Source of the DNA: Polyangiaceae bacterium
Lineage (GTDB): Bacteria; Myxococcota_A; Polyangia; Polyangiales; Polyangiaceae
Direction of reading: 5' to 3'
Length of the DNA stretch: 64,000 nucleotides
Assembly: GCA_033763455.1 (NCBI GenBank)
Contig: JANRKO010000023.1
Span: 96,001 to 160,000 of the forward strand
Position 1 is the stretch's first letter, and the number at the start of each line of letters is the position of its first letter. The notes beneath the pieces are model-generated. The model saw only the letters and a list, made by a program, of their open reading frames with translations. It made no database searches and was not told where the DNA came from. Made by a program: the position numbers and the translations under genes. Shown one piece after another: positions 46,406 to 55,364 of this stretch.

Positions 46406-47377
46406 ATGACCATCGGTCGAGATGTAGAGCTCGCCGTACGGCTCTTACGCCAAGGGGGAGTTGTGGCCTTCCCCACAGAGACAGTGTACGGCCTCGGAGC
46501 TCGGGCTGACAGCACTCAAGCAGTTCGTCGGATTTTCGAAATCAAACAGCGCCCAGCCACGCATCCACTCATTGTTCACATCCGAAGCGCTGCAGAGGTT
46601 TCGCACTTTGCGGTCAGCATTTCGGTGGAAGCTGAGGCTCTGATGGCGGCGTTTTGGCCGGGCCCATTGACACTAGTGTTTCGTCGCCAACCGTGGGTTC
46701 TACTTCAGGTTACGGGTGGACTCGAAACGGTAGCGCTGAGAGTTCCAAACCATCCCGTTGCGCAGGCGCTATTGGAGGAGCTGAACCTCGGCGTGGCGGC
46801 GCCCTCCGCCAATCGCTTCACGGAGGTAAGCCCCACACGGAGCGAACACGTGGAAAAGGATCTGGGCCAAGAGGTGGACTACATCCTCGATGGTGGCCCC
46901 TCGCTCGTGGGTATCGAATCAACGATCGTGGATGTGTCTGGGCCCACGGTTGCGGTGCTACGCCCCGGCGCGGTGACTCAGGAACAACTGGAAACCGTTC
47001 TGAACCGGCCGGTGCCCGTCCTAGTTTCAAACGCGGCAGTCCGGGTGCCGGGGCAGCACCCACTGCACTATGCACCGCGTGCGGAGGTTGTGCTCCTCAA
47101 CGCGAGCACTCTCACGGACGAAGCCGTCGCTCTTTCGAGCCGCGGGGTGCGGGTGGGCGTCTTGTTCAATGGTATTGCCACCCGAGGCTTTCCCTCGTCG
47201 GTGGTCGTGTACGAAGTTAGAGGCGGCACAGAAGGTCTCGCGCGCGAGCTCTATCACGCCCTCCGCCAGCTCGACGACGCTGGTGTTGATGTGATTTTGG
47301 CGTGCGCGCCGGAACTCGGTGGCCTAGGCGTTGCCGTGAATGATCGACTCGCAAAGGCAGCTGGCCCGCGCGCTTGA
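46406..47377 (+). CDS. sua5: L-threonylcarbamoyladenylate synthase (YrdC + SUA5 domains)
   Basis: VAFPTETVYGLGA, KQRP..HPLIVH, FWPGPLT, APSAN, GIEST, PG...HYAP, DRL.KAA. Confidence 0.93.
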   Translation: MTIGRDVELAVRLLRQGGVVAFPTETVYGLGARADSTQAVRRIFEIKQRPATHPLIVHIRSAAEVSHFAVSISVEAEALMAAFWPGPLTLVFRRQPWVLLQVTGGLETVALRVPNHPVAQALLEELNLGVAAPSANRFTEVSPTRSEHVEKDLGQEVDYILDGGPSLVGIESTIVDVSGPTVAVLRPGAVTQEQLETVLNRPVPVLVSNAAVRVPGQHPLHYAPRAEVVLLNASTLTDEAVALSSRGVRVGVLFNGIATRGFPSSVVVYEVRGGTEGLARELYHALRQLDDAGVDVILACAPELGGLGVAVNDRLAKAAGPRA

Positions 47378-47419
47378 CGCCGCAGCGACGCTCCGGCACC
47401 CCAACTGAGAGGAATCACC

Positions 47420-48199
47420 ATGGACACCGAACTGTTCTTCCAAACCGAGACCTATGTGAGTCTGCTTACCTTGACGGCCATGGAAACCGTCCTGGGCATC
47501 GACAACATCGTGTTCATCTCCATCCTCACTGGCCGTTTGCCACAAGAGCAGCAGGCGAAGGCCCGGCGACTCGGCCTTTCGTTGGCGCTCGTGCTTCGGC
47601 TCGGACTCTTGTTGGCTATTTCTTGGGTGATGAGCCTCACCAATCCCCTCTTCGCTATCTGGGGGAAAACGATTTCTGGGAGGGATCTCATCTTGTTGTT
47701 GGGCGGCATTTTCTTAATCGCCAAATCGACCCACGAGATCTACGAGAAGCTGGAAGTGCCGCATGAAGAGGCGGCAGGCACGGCAGCGGGCAAGGCCGCC
47801 GCGTTCGGTTGGATCATCCTTCAAATCCTGTTGCTAGATATCGTCTTTTCGCTCGACTCGGTGGTGACTGCTGTTGGCATGGCCTCACACGTACCCATCA
47901 TGGTCACAGCAATGCTGATATCGGTGGGCATCATGTTGGTGTTTGCAGGGAAGATTGGTGATTTTGTGAACAATCACCCGAGCATGAAGATCCTCGCACT
48001 AAGCTTTCTGTTATTGATCGGTGTCATGCTCACAGCCGAAGGCTGGGGCAGCCACGTGAGCAAGGGCTACGTGTACGCGGCCATGGCGTTTTCGCTCCTC
48101 GTGGAGCTCTTGAACATGCGGTTTCGAGCTCGCAAGAGTCCGGTGGCGCTCCACGCGCGATTCGCGGAAGCCGAAGCTGACCAAGCCCCTCCGCCCTGA
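47420..48199 (+). CDS. TerC-family membrane protein
   Basis: ETVLGIDN, GGIFLIAK, LDIVFSLDSVVTAVG, K.LAL.FLLLIG. GAGAGG RBS. Confidence 0.92.
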   Translation: MDTELFFQTETYVSLLTLTAMETVLGIDNIVFISILTGRLPQEQQAKARRLGLSLALVLRLGLLLAISWVMSLTNPLFAIWGKTISGRDLILLLGGIFLIAKSTHEIYEKLEVPHEEAAGTAAGKAAAFGWIILQILLLDIVFSLDSVVTAVGMASHVPIMVTAMLISVGIMLVFAGKIGDFVNNHPSMKILALSFLLLIGVMLTAEGWGSHVSKGYVYAAMAFSLLVELLNMRFRARKSPVALHARFAEAEADQAPPP

Positions 48200-48219
48200 A
48201 TCAGGGAGGGGGCGTTTTC
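48185..48219 (+). terminator. Hairpin spanning the convergent stop codons of terC and the lipoprotein gene
   Basis: GCCCCTCCGCCCTGA-A-TCAGGGAGGGGGC followed by GTTTT on the plus strand. Confidence 0.4.
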
Positions 48220-48542
48220 GGGTCGGGCTCGGGCTTTGGCTTCTTGGCCTTCGGTTTGCCTTGGGGATCAGTGCGCCGCTCAGGATCATACTTCAGCTTG
48301 CCGTCTTCAACGTACCAACCGGGGGCGAGCTCACCACCGTTCTCGCCAGCCTTGGCGCTTGCGGCCAGCCGATCCTTAGGGTCGATCCCATCCGCGCCAA
48401 TCGGTCGGCCGTCGGCCGTTCGCGGTTGATCCGTTCGATAATCCAAGGATGGAGACCGGGTTAACGGCTTATCTTGGCTTTCACCCGCGCACGCAAGCAG
48501 AGCCACCGGGACCAACACCCAACACCAACCGAAGACGTTCAT
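48201..48542 (-). CDS. Small hypothetical lipoprotein
   Basis: ATG 48542 with GGAG RBS, lipobox ALLAC, and Lys/Pro-rich tail. Confidence 0.65.
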   Translation of the reverse strand: MNVFGWCWVLVPVALLACAGESQDKPLTRSPSLDYRTDQPRTADGRPIGADGIDPKDRLAASAKAGENGGELAPGWYVEDGKLKYDPERRTDPQGKPKAKKPKPEPDPKTPPP

Positions 48543-48730
48543 CTCCGCTAAAGTAAACCGCGGCGGGCTTGCCACAAGCTGCAATTCGAGAAGCTGCGTC
48601 GATTCCATCAATCTTCTGTCAGAAATGCGCAAAATTACGCCATCCGGGTCAAACCAACGCAAGAAAATCGCTTGAAAGTCCTGGGGAATCTCAGCCCGGG
48701 TGTTTTACCGAGTGCGCATGGCCACAAAAA

Positions 48731-49792
48731 CTAGCTCCTGCGCGTTCGCCGAGCGCGAACGGCTCGCGCTAAACTCTCGAGCACCGGCTCGGTTTGTGCC
48801 CAGCTGATGCAACCATCGGTGATGCTTTTCCCGTATTCGAGCTCGGCCCGATCGACCATATTTTGGCGCCCGGCTTCGATGAAACTTTCGATCATGACGC
48901 CGAAGACGTTGTTCCCGTGGCTCACCTGCTCAGCGAGAGCTTCAGCTACCACGGGTTGTCGAGAGCAGTCCTTGTTGCTGTTCGCGTGGCTACAATCCAC
49001 CATGACCCCAGCATCGAACCCGGCTTTTTTGAGGTCGGCGCAGGCCTTATTCACGGCTTCCTCGGAGTAATTCGGGCCGGCGCTGCCGCCCCGTAGTATC
49101 ACGTGGCAGTTAGGGTTGCCACGTGTGCTAACAATGGCCGCCAAGCCTTGTTTAGTAACGGATAGGAATCGATGTGGGGCCGCTGAAGAGCGGATGGCAT
49201 CCACGGCGATTTGGATATCACCGCTCGTTCCGTTCTTGAAGCCCACCGGCATGGAGAGCCCGCTTGCCAACTCGCGATGAACCTGGCTTTCGGTGGTTCG
49301 CGCTCCGATCGCACCCCACGATACCAGATCAGCGACAAACTGAGGCGAAATCGGGTCTAGGAATTCAGTGCCGGTGGGTAGTCCCACAGCAAGAACATCT
49401 AGGAGAAACTTGCGCGCTACGCGTAGCCCGCGGTTGATGCGGAAGGTGCCGTCGAGATCAGGATCGTTGATGAGGCCTTTCCAACCAACCGTAGTGCGCG
49501 GTTTCTCAAAGTACGTTCGCATCACGATCAAAAGCTCGTCGCTCACGCGCTCCTGCGCCCGCTTCAGTCGGTCGGCGTAGTCAAGGCCGGCTTCTGGATC
49601 GTGAATGGAGCAAGGGCCCACGACCACCAACAGCCGATCATCCGTTCGCTGAATGATCTTGGCCGCATCGCTGCGAGAACGCGCGACGAGGCTCGCCTCG
49701 ACGTCGCCGAGAGGCAGCTCCTCCATGAGGATCGCGGGAGGCAAGAGTGGGTGGAGGCTTTCGATTCGAACGTCGTCAGTGGGCGAGAACAT
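48731..49792 (-). CDS. 3-deoxy-7-phosphoheptulonate (DAHP) synthase, class I-alpha (AroF/G/H family)
   Basis: GPCSIHD, YFEKPRTTVGWKG, IGARTTESQ.HRELASG, FKNGT, DCSHANS, SITDGC. Confidence 0.96.
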   Translation of the reverse strand: MFSPTDDVRIESLHPLLPPAILMEELPLGDVEASLVARSRSDAAKIIQRTDDRLLVVVGPCSIHDPEAGLDYADRLKRAQERVSDELLIVMRTYFEKPRTTVGWKGLINDPDLDGTFRINRGLRVARKFLLDVLAVGLPTGTEFLDPISPQFVADLVSWGAIGARTTESQVHRELASGLSMPVGFKNGTSGDIQIAVDAIRSSAAPHRFLSVTKQGLAAIVSTRGNPNCHVILRGGSAGPNYSEEAVNKACADLKKAGFDAGVMVDCSHANSNKDCSRQPVVAEALAEQVSHGNNVFGVMIESFIEAGRQNMVDRAELEYGKSITDGCISWAQTEPVLESLARAVRARRTRRS

Positions 49793-49906
49793 CAGGAACT
49801 CCGGCGTAGGCCGGCCTGGTGTTTCGTGGCCGGGGCGCCCCGTTTAGCGCGGAGGCCCCAGAGATGCCAGCGACCTGCCCCAAAACAGCCGGGCAAAACC
49901 TAGTGT

Positions 49907-51352
49907 TCAACGTGAGATCACGACGAAGCGCGTGCCACCGTCTCGCCAAACCAAGAGGGCCAACTTGCCCTTGCCTGACTTTAGCGCCCTTCGAAGTTCC
50001 TCCACATTCGGCACGGGCTTGCCTCCCGCCTCGACAATCACATCCCCTTCGCGAAGCCCGGCTTGGCCCGCAGCACTCTGGCCTTCCACCGCTCGCACCA
50101 CCACGCCTCCCCTGACGCTCGCTGGTACCTTCAGCTCCTGCCGCTGCTCTGGAGTTAGAGTTTGGAGAGTCAACCCGTGCAGCGACTCCGGCTGCGATTC
50201 ACCGCGAACTTGCTGGGCCATCTCGGAATCTGAAGGCCTTTCGTCTAGGCGAACCGTGAAGCTGCGACGTTCGGATTTTCGAATAGCTACAAAGGTGGCC
50301 GTGGCTCCCGCCGCGGAAGACGCCACAACGTTGCGCAGTTGCCCGGACGAGGTGACAGGTTGCCCGTTGACTTCGACGATCACATCTCCCCGCTGAATTC
50401 CAGCCTTCTCCGCGGGCCCACCGGCCACAACATCTGCGATCAAAACACCTGTGGTTGTTTTGAGGCTCATAGCTTCGGCCAGATCGCGATCCACATCCTG
50501 GAGCAGCACTCCGAGATAACCTCGAACCACACGCCCCTTAGCGATCAGGCTCTCCGCGATGGGCTTGGCCATGTTGGTTGGGATCGCAAAGCCAATGCCC
50601 ACGCTACCCCCACTTCGAGATAGGATGGCGGTGTTGATACCAACAAGCTGACCCCGTGAGTTCACCAGAGCTCCACCAGAATTTCCTGGATTGATTGCGG
50701 CATCTGTCTGGATAAAATCCTCGAACTCCACAATCCCAAGATCCGCACGGCCCTTGGCGGAAACAATGCCCTTGGTGACCGTTTGGCCTAGGCCGAACGG
50801 ATTGCCAATCGCCAAAACAGTATCACCGAGCCTCAAACTCTGCGAATCCCCAAGTGTGATCGGAATCAAGCCGTCGGAGGTGCCCTTTACTTTGAGCACC
50901 GCGACATCTGTCTTCGGATCCGTGCCAACCAGCTCCACCGCGTACTCGCGCTTGGATGCCGAGGCAATCTTGATCTCAGAAGCCCCATCTACCACGTGGT
51001 TGTTGGTGAGAATGTAACCCTCGCGGAACACTACGCCTGAGCCCAGCCCTTGCTGGCGCTCTTCTCTGTTCGGCCTCGGCCCAAAGAACCGCCGGAAAAA
51101 AGGGTCGTTCATGTAAGGGTGATCTTCAGCACGTACCACCTTGCTGGCCGTTACGCTAACCACTGAAGGCAAGACCTTCTCGACCACGTCGGCTACGGAG
51201 GCTAGCTCTCGGTCCCCGATACCGACCTGCGCCGTTCGGTCGGCGCCAACCCCCGCCCGACCGGAAGGTTCAGCAGTTGGCGTTCGTGACGCTCCGCAGG
51301 CAACCAACAACCCCAATGAGAGAACAGGCAACCATCGATAGAACTTCCGCAT
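49907..51352 (-). CDS. HtrA/DegQ (Do-family) serine protease with two PDZ domains, lipoprotein
   Basis: LVAC lipobox, GSGV, TNNHV, DVAV, AINPGNSGG and two PDZ domains. ATG 51352. Confidence 0.95.
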   Translation of the reverse strand: MRKFYRWLPVLSLGLLVACGASRTPTAEPSGRAGVGADRTAQVGIGDRELASVADVVEKVLPSVVSVTASKVVRAEDHPYMNDPFFRRFFGPRPNREERQQGLGSGVVFREGYILTNNHVVDGASEIKIASASKREYAVELVGTDPKTDVAVLKVKGTSDGLIPITLGDSQSLRLGDTVLAIGNPFGLGQTVTKGIVSAKGRADLGIVEFEDFIQTDAAINPGNSGGALVNSRGQLVGINTAILSRSGGSVGIGFAIPTNMAKPIAESLIAKGRVVRGYLGVLLQDVDRDLAEAMSLKTTTGVLIADVVAGGPAEKAGIQRGDVIVEVNGQPVTSSGQLRNVVASSAAGATATFVAIRKSERRSFTVRLDERPSDSEMAQQVRGESQPESLHGLTLQTLTPEQRQELKVPASVRGGVVVRAVEGQSAAGQAGLREGDVIVEAGGKPVPNVEELRRALKSGKGKLALLVWRDGGTRFVVISR

Positions 51353-51400
51353 CCGAATCCTCAATTCTCAGGCGAAACCTAGGCCCCTAGCATCCACGTT

Positions 51401-51416
51401 GGCAAGCCTGGTGCCT
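51401..51416 (-). promoter_or_regulatory. Sigma54 promoter candidate for the HtrA protease
   Basis: Minus strand AGGCAC-CAGGC-TTGCC, about 50 bp upstream of the ATG. Confidence 0.6.
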
Positions 51417-51486
51417 CGGAGAACACCCCGTGCTGCCGCGCTATTCCCCGCGAATTCATCAACGCGGGCAGCTGCGCGCACTCTGT

Positions 51487-52575
51487 TCAGCCACCAGCGT
51501 GCGGTGCGGCGGCCGCGGGCCCCGCCTTGTTGGCAAGGTAGTCCCCCAGCCGCAGCCCAACCTGCTCAAGCATTCTTCCTACGCTTGCGTCCAGCGACGG
51601 CTCCCCGCCCATGAAACGGAGGACCCCAAACCAGCGATCTTCGGTACGCACCTCCACTAGCAAAACGCGCTCGCTCGCTAGCGCGAGGCCCTCCGCTTCC
51701 AGCTTGAGGTGGGCGAAGAGCAATTGCTGCTCTGCATTCTCCCACTGCGCGGTCACGCCGAAGGCCAGCTCCGCCCCAGGCCCCGTGACGCACCCAAACG
51801 CGAAGGCCTGATCGGCAACGAACTCTGCCTGCCGAAACGCCAAAGCACGACCACCGCTCACCTTCCCTCGCCAAAACTCACCAACCTTGAAGCCTCCGAC
51901 GGGGCACACAATTGCCATGACTCGATCGACAACGGCATCGCTCCCCGAGCCACGCGAAAGCTCGTGATATATGCGTTGCTGAGCGATGAGCAGGCTTTCC
52001 AAACGCTGCACCTTGGCCTCCGCACGAAAAACTTGCTCACGCGAAAGCTCCAAGCGTGTTTTTTCCGCCTTTGACAGGGCTTCCACTTTAGCTAGCGCGC
52101 GATCCGACTCACGAAGCCGAGCCTTTAACAAACCGACATCTTGAAAATGATAACTTATGGCTAAAGCTTCACCCTCAACATCCGTAAGCAACGAGGCAGT
52201 AACGAGCATCAAGTGCTCCACTCGCTGGGAATCAGTGACCGTGAATTCAACGCCCACTTGATCTTCCCCACCCAAACAGTTCTCACGCAGCAGGCTGAGC
52301 CGCAGTTGATCTTCCCCAGCCAAGGCGAGCCCTAGACTTTCACCTATTAGGCGCTCAGCCCGAACCCCTAGCAGCTGTTCGAACGCCGCATTGACGCATA
52401 ACAGAGCGCCAGCAGGTGACTCGACGGCAATGGGCGCCGCGGCATCCAGAAATGCCGATCGCATGAGTTCCGAAGGGCTCAACGCCCCCGGGCGCTCGTG
52501 TATTCCGCTCGGCAAAGCAGCTGAGTCGAGGCCCAATTCCTCGAGTGGTGTCGCGCTTACAATAACCGGTTTCAC
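51487..52575 (-). CDS. PAS + coiled-coil + GAF-like protein without an output domain
   Basis: PAS (AAAPIAV...G.LL.VNAAFEQLLG....LIG..FQDV), coiled coil, and GAF-like end (WFGVL.F...MLEQVG..LG.YL). Confidence 0.7.
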   Translation of the reverse strand: MKPVIVSATPLEELGLDSAALPSGIHERPGALSPSELMRSAFLDAAAPIAVESPAGALLCVNAAFEQLLGVRAERLIGESLGLALAGEDQLRLSLLRENCLGGEDQVGVEFTVTDSQRVEHLMLVTASLLTDVEGEALAISYHFQDVGLLKARLRESDRALAKVEALSKAEKTRLELSREQVFRAEAKVQRLESLLIAQQRIYHELSRGSGSDAVVDRVMAIVCPVGGFKVGEFWRGKVSGGRALAFRQAEFVADQAFAFGCVTGPGAELAFGVTAQWENAEQQLLFAHLKLEAEGLALASERVLLVEVRTEDRWFGVLRFMGGEPSLDASVGRMLEQVGLRLGDYLANKAGPAAAAPHAGG

Positions 52576-52623
52576 AAGTGGCCAACCCTCTACAATTCAG
52601 CGTTACTTGCAAGCTGCCTAAGC

Positions 52624-52639
52624 CGCACACCGCGTGCCG
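52624..52639 (-). promoter_or_regulatory. Sigma54 promoter candidate (PAS-GAF gene)
   Basis: Minus strand CGGCAC-GCGGT-GTGCG (GG-N10-GC). Confidence 0.55.
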
Positions 52640-52711
52640 ACCCGTCGGCCCGCGGCCCCCAAAGAGCCACCGTAAGGGAAGCAACTATAACACCCGTGCT
52701 GCTCCGCGAAA

Positions 52712-52750
52712 GCACAAATTCTGCGGAGTGAGAAAGCGGAGCGATTCCGC
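52712..52750. promoter_or_regulatory. Pair of candidate enhancer boxes
   Basis: GCACA-N5-TGCGG (52712-52726) and GCGGA-N5-TCCGC (52736-52750), 73-111 bp upstream of the sigma54 site. Confidence 0.45.
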
Positions 52751-53124
52751 ATGGCTGCCCCATAGCTCGCCACCACCGGCTAGCAATACGGGAGAAACAA
52801 TCCGGAGCGAGCGGAAACGTTCACGCATTTTTTTTCAAACGCCACTTGGCCGCACTAACACCTACACCTCACGCGGCCGCTAAACCCCCACTGAGCAAGG
52901 ACTATTCCAACCTGTGTCATCAAATAAAATCCACGCACTGACGAAACCTGTATGTGCATTACTTGAAACACTGAAAAGCGCTGAACACGCGGCCTACCAT
53001 TGAGGCCACTCAGTTCAACTACATCTTCACATCAACCAGACACTCAGAACAAAACTGAGATAGACGCGTATCAGAAAATAAAGTACGGTGTGCATTCATT
53101 GGCCTTTAAAAGGGAGAAAGTCGC

Positions 53125-53628
53125 ATGCCGAATCAATGTGTCGTCATTGCAGATGGTGCTCGAGCCCGTTTCTTCGCCTTGGAGTCCCGAGGCTTGCCGG
53201 AAATAGAGGGCGGGCCCGCGCTCTACGAGGCGGCGGATCTTGAGAATCCAGCGAAGGCTGGATCCTCGCGCGACAGTGCTCCGCCGAGCGATTCGCGTGG
53301 TCACAGGGGAAGCCCAAGTTCAGGTTCAAGCGATCATCGCGGGCGGCACCAGGCGCAAATGGATAGGCGCTTTGCCAAGCAGGTCGCACAGCGGGCAGCG
53401 GAGCTTGCTTACGGGCGTGGGGCGCATACCTGCATCATCGTTGCGGACCCGAAAACGCTCGGCATGTTACGCCCGGAGCTCAGAGCGTTAGGTAACCAGC
53501 AGGTCAGCTTCACTGAGCTCAGCAAAGATCTGTGCCGTTTGTCGGTGCACGAAATCCAGTCGCATCTTGCGCGGCTTGGGCAGCTGCCGGCTCGCCGAGC
53601 TCCGCGGTCGGTGCGCCCCGCGGCTTAG
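53125..53628 (+). CDS. Host-attachment family (baeRF12/AtsE-like) protein
   Basis: VVIADGARARFF ... RFAKQVA ... IIVADPKTLGMLR ... ELSKDL ... EIQSHL. AGGGAG RBS. Confidence 0.85.
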   Translation: MPNQCVVIADGARARFFALESRGLPEIEGGPALYEAADLENPAKAGSSRDSAPPSDSRGHRGSPSSGSSDHRGRHQAQMDRRFAKQVAQRAAELAYGRGAHTCIIVADPKTLGMLRPELRALGNQQVSFTELSKDLCRLSVHEIQSHLARLGQLPARRAPRSVRPAA

Positions 53629-53653
53629 CCGCAATTCCGAGCTTGGATACGCG

Positions 53654-53685
53654 ACATCCCCGAAAGGCTCACCGTTCGGGGATGT
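53654..53685. terminator. Hairpin between convergent genes
   Basis: Perfect 11-bp arms ACATCCCCGAA / TTCGGGGATGT with a 10-nt loop, overlapping the GGDEF stop codon. Confidence 0.55.
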
Positions 53686-54472
53686 TAGCCTTCACGTGAG
53701 CAAGCTCCTCCGGGGCAGGCGGCTGTCCACTTTCGATGTTGGCCTTGATGGGCCGAGCGGAAGTTCTGTTGCGGCCTGCGTGTTTGGATTCATAAAGGGC
53801 TGCATCAGCCTCCTTGAGTAGCGTTCGCCAGGTATCAATCGCTGGTGTTGCCTCAGCAATCCCAAGAGATACGGTAATGCGACCGATCTGATCTAGGGGC
53901 GAGGCTGCAAGTTGCACGCGCAGCCTCTCGGCCAACACGAACGCTCCCTGTGCGTCGACGCCGGCCGCGAGAACTGCAAATTCATCACCGCCAAGGCGAG
54001 CCGCAAGATCCGTGGCACGGCAGGTTTCACGGATGGCCCCGGCAATTGCCTTAATTGCCATGTCGCCCGCGGCATGGCCCCAGCGGTCGTTGACCGCCTT
54101 AAGGCCATCCATGTCGATCAAGATGACGCTGACCGGGGTACCATAACGGCGACCCCTAGAAAATTCGGCTTCAAGCCGCATCTCAAAATTTCGGCGATTA
54201 CAGAGACCCGTAAGAACATCCGTAAACGCACTGGATTCCAGCCGATCGGCGGCTCGGCCCAGGAAGTGACCGGCAAGAGCTAACACCACGGAGGTGGAGG
54301 CTGCGGCGTAAGCGTAAAGAGCTGGGTCGCGAGTTAACTCCTCGGCCACAAATGCCGGGCTCGGGACGGCCCTCGCCATGGCTGCACGCAGGATCAAAAG
54401 GCCCGCTGGCGATCCCATCGCCAACGTTAAGCCGAGCCAGGTGTAGGTCCTACGTCGCCGCATCCATGCCAC
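53669..54472 (-). CDS. Membrane-bound diguanylate cyclase
   Basis: Two TM segments, DVLTGL.NRR, DMDGLK.VND..GH..GD, I-site RATD and intact GGDEF. Confidence 0.93.
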   Translation of the reverse strand: MAWMRRRRTYTWLGLTLAMGSPAGLLILRAAMARAVPSPAFVAEELTRDPALYAYAAASTSVVLALAGHFLGRAADRLESSAFTDVLTGLCNRRNFEMRLEAEFSRGRRYGTPVSVILIDMDGLKAVNDRWGHAAGDMAIKAIAGAIRETCRATDLAARLGGDEFAVLAAGVDAQGAFVLAERLRVQLAASPLDQIGRITVSLGIAEATPAIDTWRTLLKEADAALYESKHAGRNRTSARPIKANIESGQPPAPEELAHVKANIPER

Positions 54473-54509
54473 ACTGTCCTAGCCCGCACCGTTCTAGGCC
54501 AAGCGTGGC

Positions 54510-55175
54510 TCACTCGCGCGACATGGGTTCAACAAGCGGCATATTGCTATGGGCAGCCGCAGCAACGTTGCGCGGAACGTAGTGGTAAGTGTGGGGACGT
54601 GGATGACGCTCGCTGTGTTGCGCGCACCAAATATCTTTACCCGCGGAGGCACGCCTCACCTCAATGCAACGAGGACAGGGAGGGGCTATCTCAGGCACCC
54701 GAGACTCCGGCTCTTTCCCTCGCACCACTAACACGGGGCAGCTCGCCATGCGCACAACCCCTTCTGCGACGGAGCCCAAGAGCAAACGCTCCACACCGCG
54801 TCGACCATGCGTGCCAACTACAAGCATGTCGCTTTCGAGATCCGAAGCTAGCTGCGCCAGCTGCTCAGCTGGGGCCCCAAGAGCAACGTGGGTAACGACC
54901 CGTTGCAGCCCACCGGCGTCTGTAAGCTCAGCAACCTTGCCTTCGGCATAGCGACGCACCTTCTCTGCGGCCTCGTCAAGGCTCATGGTGAGCACTCCGG
55001 CTTTATCGTCAACAAAAACCCCGACCCCCGCCGTACGAGCTACGTTTACGAAGTGGATTTCAGAGCGTGGCTGACCTTTGGCGAGTGCAAAGGCCTGGGC
55101 CACCGCAAGGTCGCCGAGCTCAGAGTAATCAATTCCGGTTACGATCGTGTATGTGCGGTTGCTCGCTAGCGTCAT
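54510..55175 (-). CDS. Universal stress protein with C-terminal CxxC..C..H tail
   Basis: IVTGIDYS, VVGTHGRRG...LLGSVAE.VVR.ASCPVLVV, and tail CPRC..WCAQH. Confidence 0.9.
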   Translation of the reverse strand: MTLASNRTYTIVTGIDYSELGDLAVAQAFALAKGQPRSEIHFVNVARTAGVGVFVDDKAGVLTMSLDEAAEKVRRYAEGKVAELTDAGGLQRVVTHVALGAPAEQLAQLASDLESDMLVVGTHGRRGVERLLLGSVAEGVVRMASCPVLVVRGKEPESRVPEIAPPCPRCIEVRRASAGKDIWCAQHSERHPRPHTYHYVPRNVAAAAHSNMPLVEPMSRE

Positions 55176-55246
55176 GGCCGATGCTCCTCAGAGAAGAAAT
55201 TGGTGCCCGGGCTATTCGTCCGCTATAGGCACGTGCACCTGGCAGG

Positions 55247-55262
55247 TGCACATCACGTGCCA
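55247..55262 (-). promoter_or_regulatory. Sigma54 promoter candidate (usp-GGDEF)
   Basis: Minus strand TGGCAC-GTGAT-GTGCA, overlapping the inverted repeat GTGCACCTG-G-CAGGTGCAC (55233-55251). Confidence 0.6.
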
Positions 55263-55349
55263 AAGTGCTTAAACAAGCCACGTTCGAGGGAACACGCGAA
55301 AGCGCTCGGAGTCTCTGCGCCATCGCGCCCCGTTCGCCACCAGAATGCC

Positions 55350-55364
55350 ACGCAGGTTTTGCGT
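55350..55364. promoter_or_regulatory. Candidate enhancer box
   Basis: ACGCA-GGTTT-TGCGT about 90-100 bp upstream of the sigma54 site. A weaker TCGGA-N5-TGCGC sits at 55306-55320. Confidence 0.5.

Noticed and set aside
47378..47419. Possible yybP-ykoY Mn riboswitch before terC
   Set aside because: The gap is only 42 bp and I recognise no aptamer motif.
52880..53060. Possible degenerate CRISPR array
   Set aside because: The recurring motif is only 6-7 bp with irregular spacing, and no cas genes are present.
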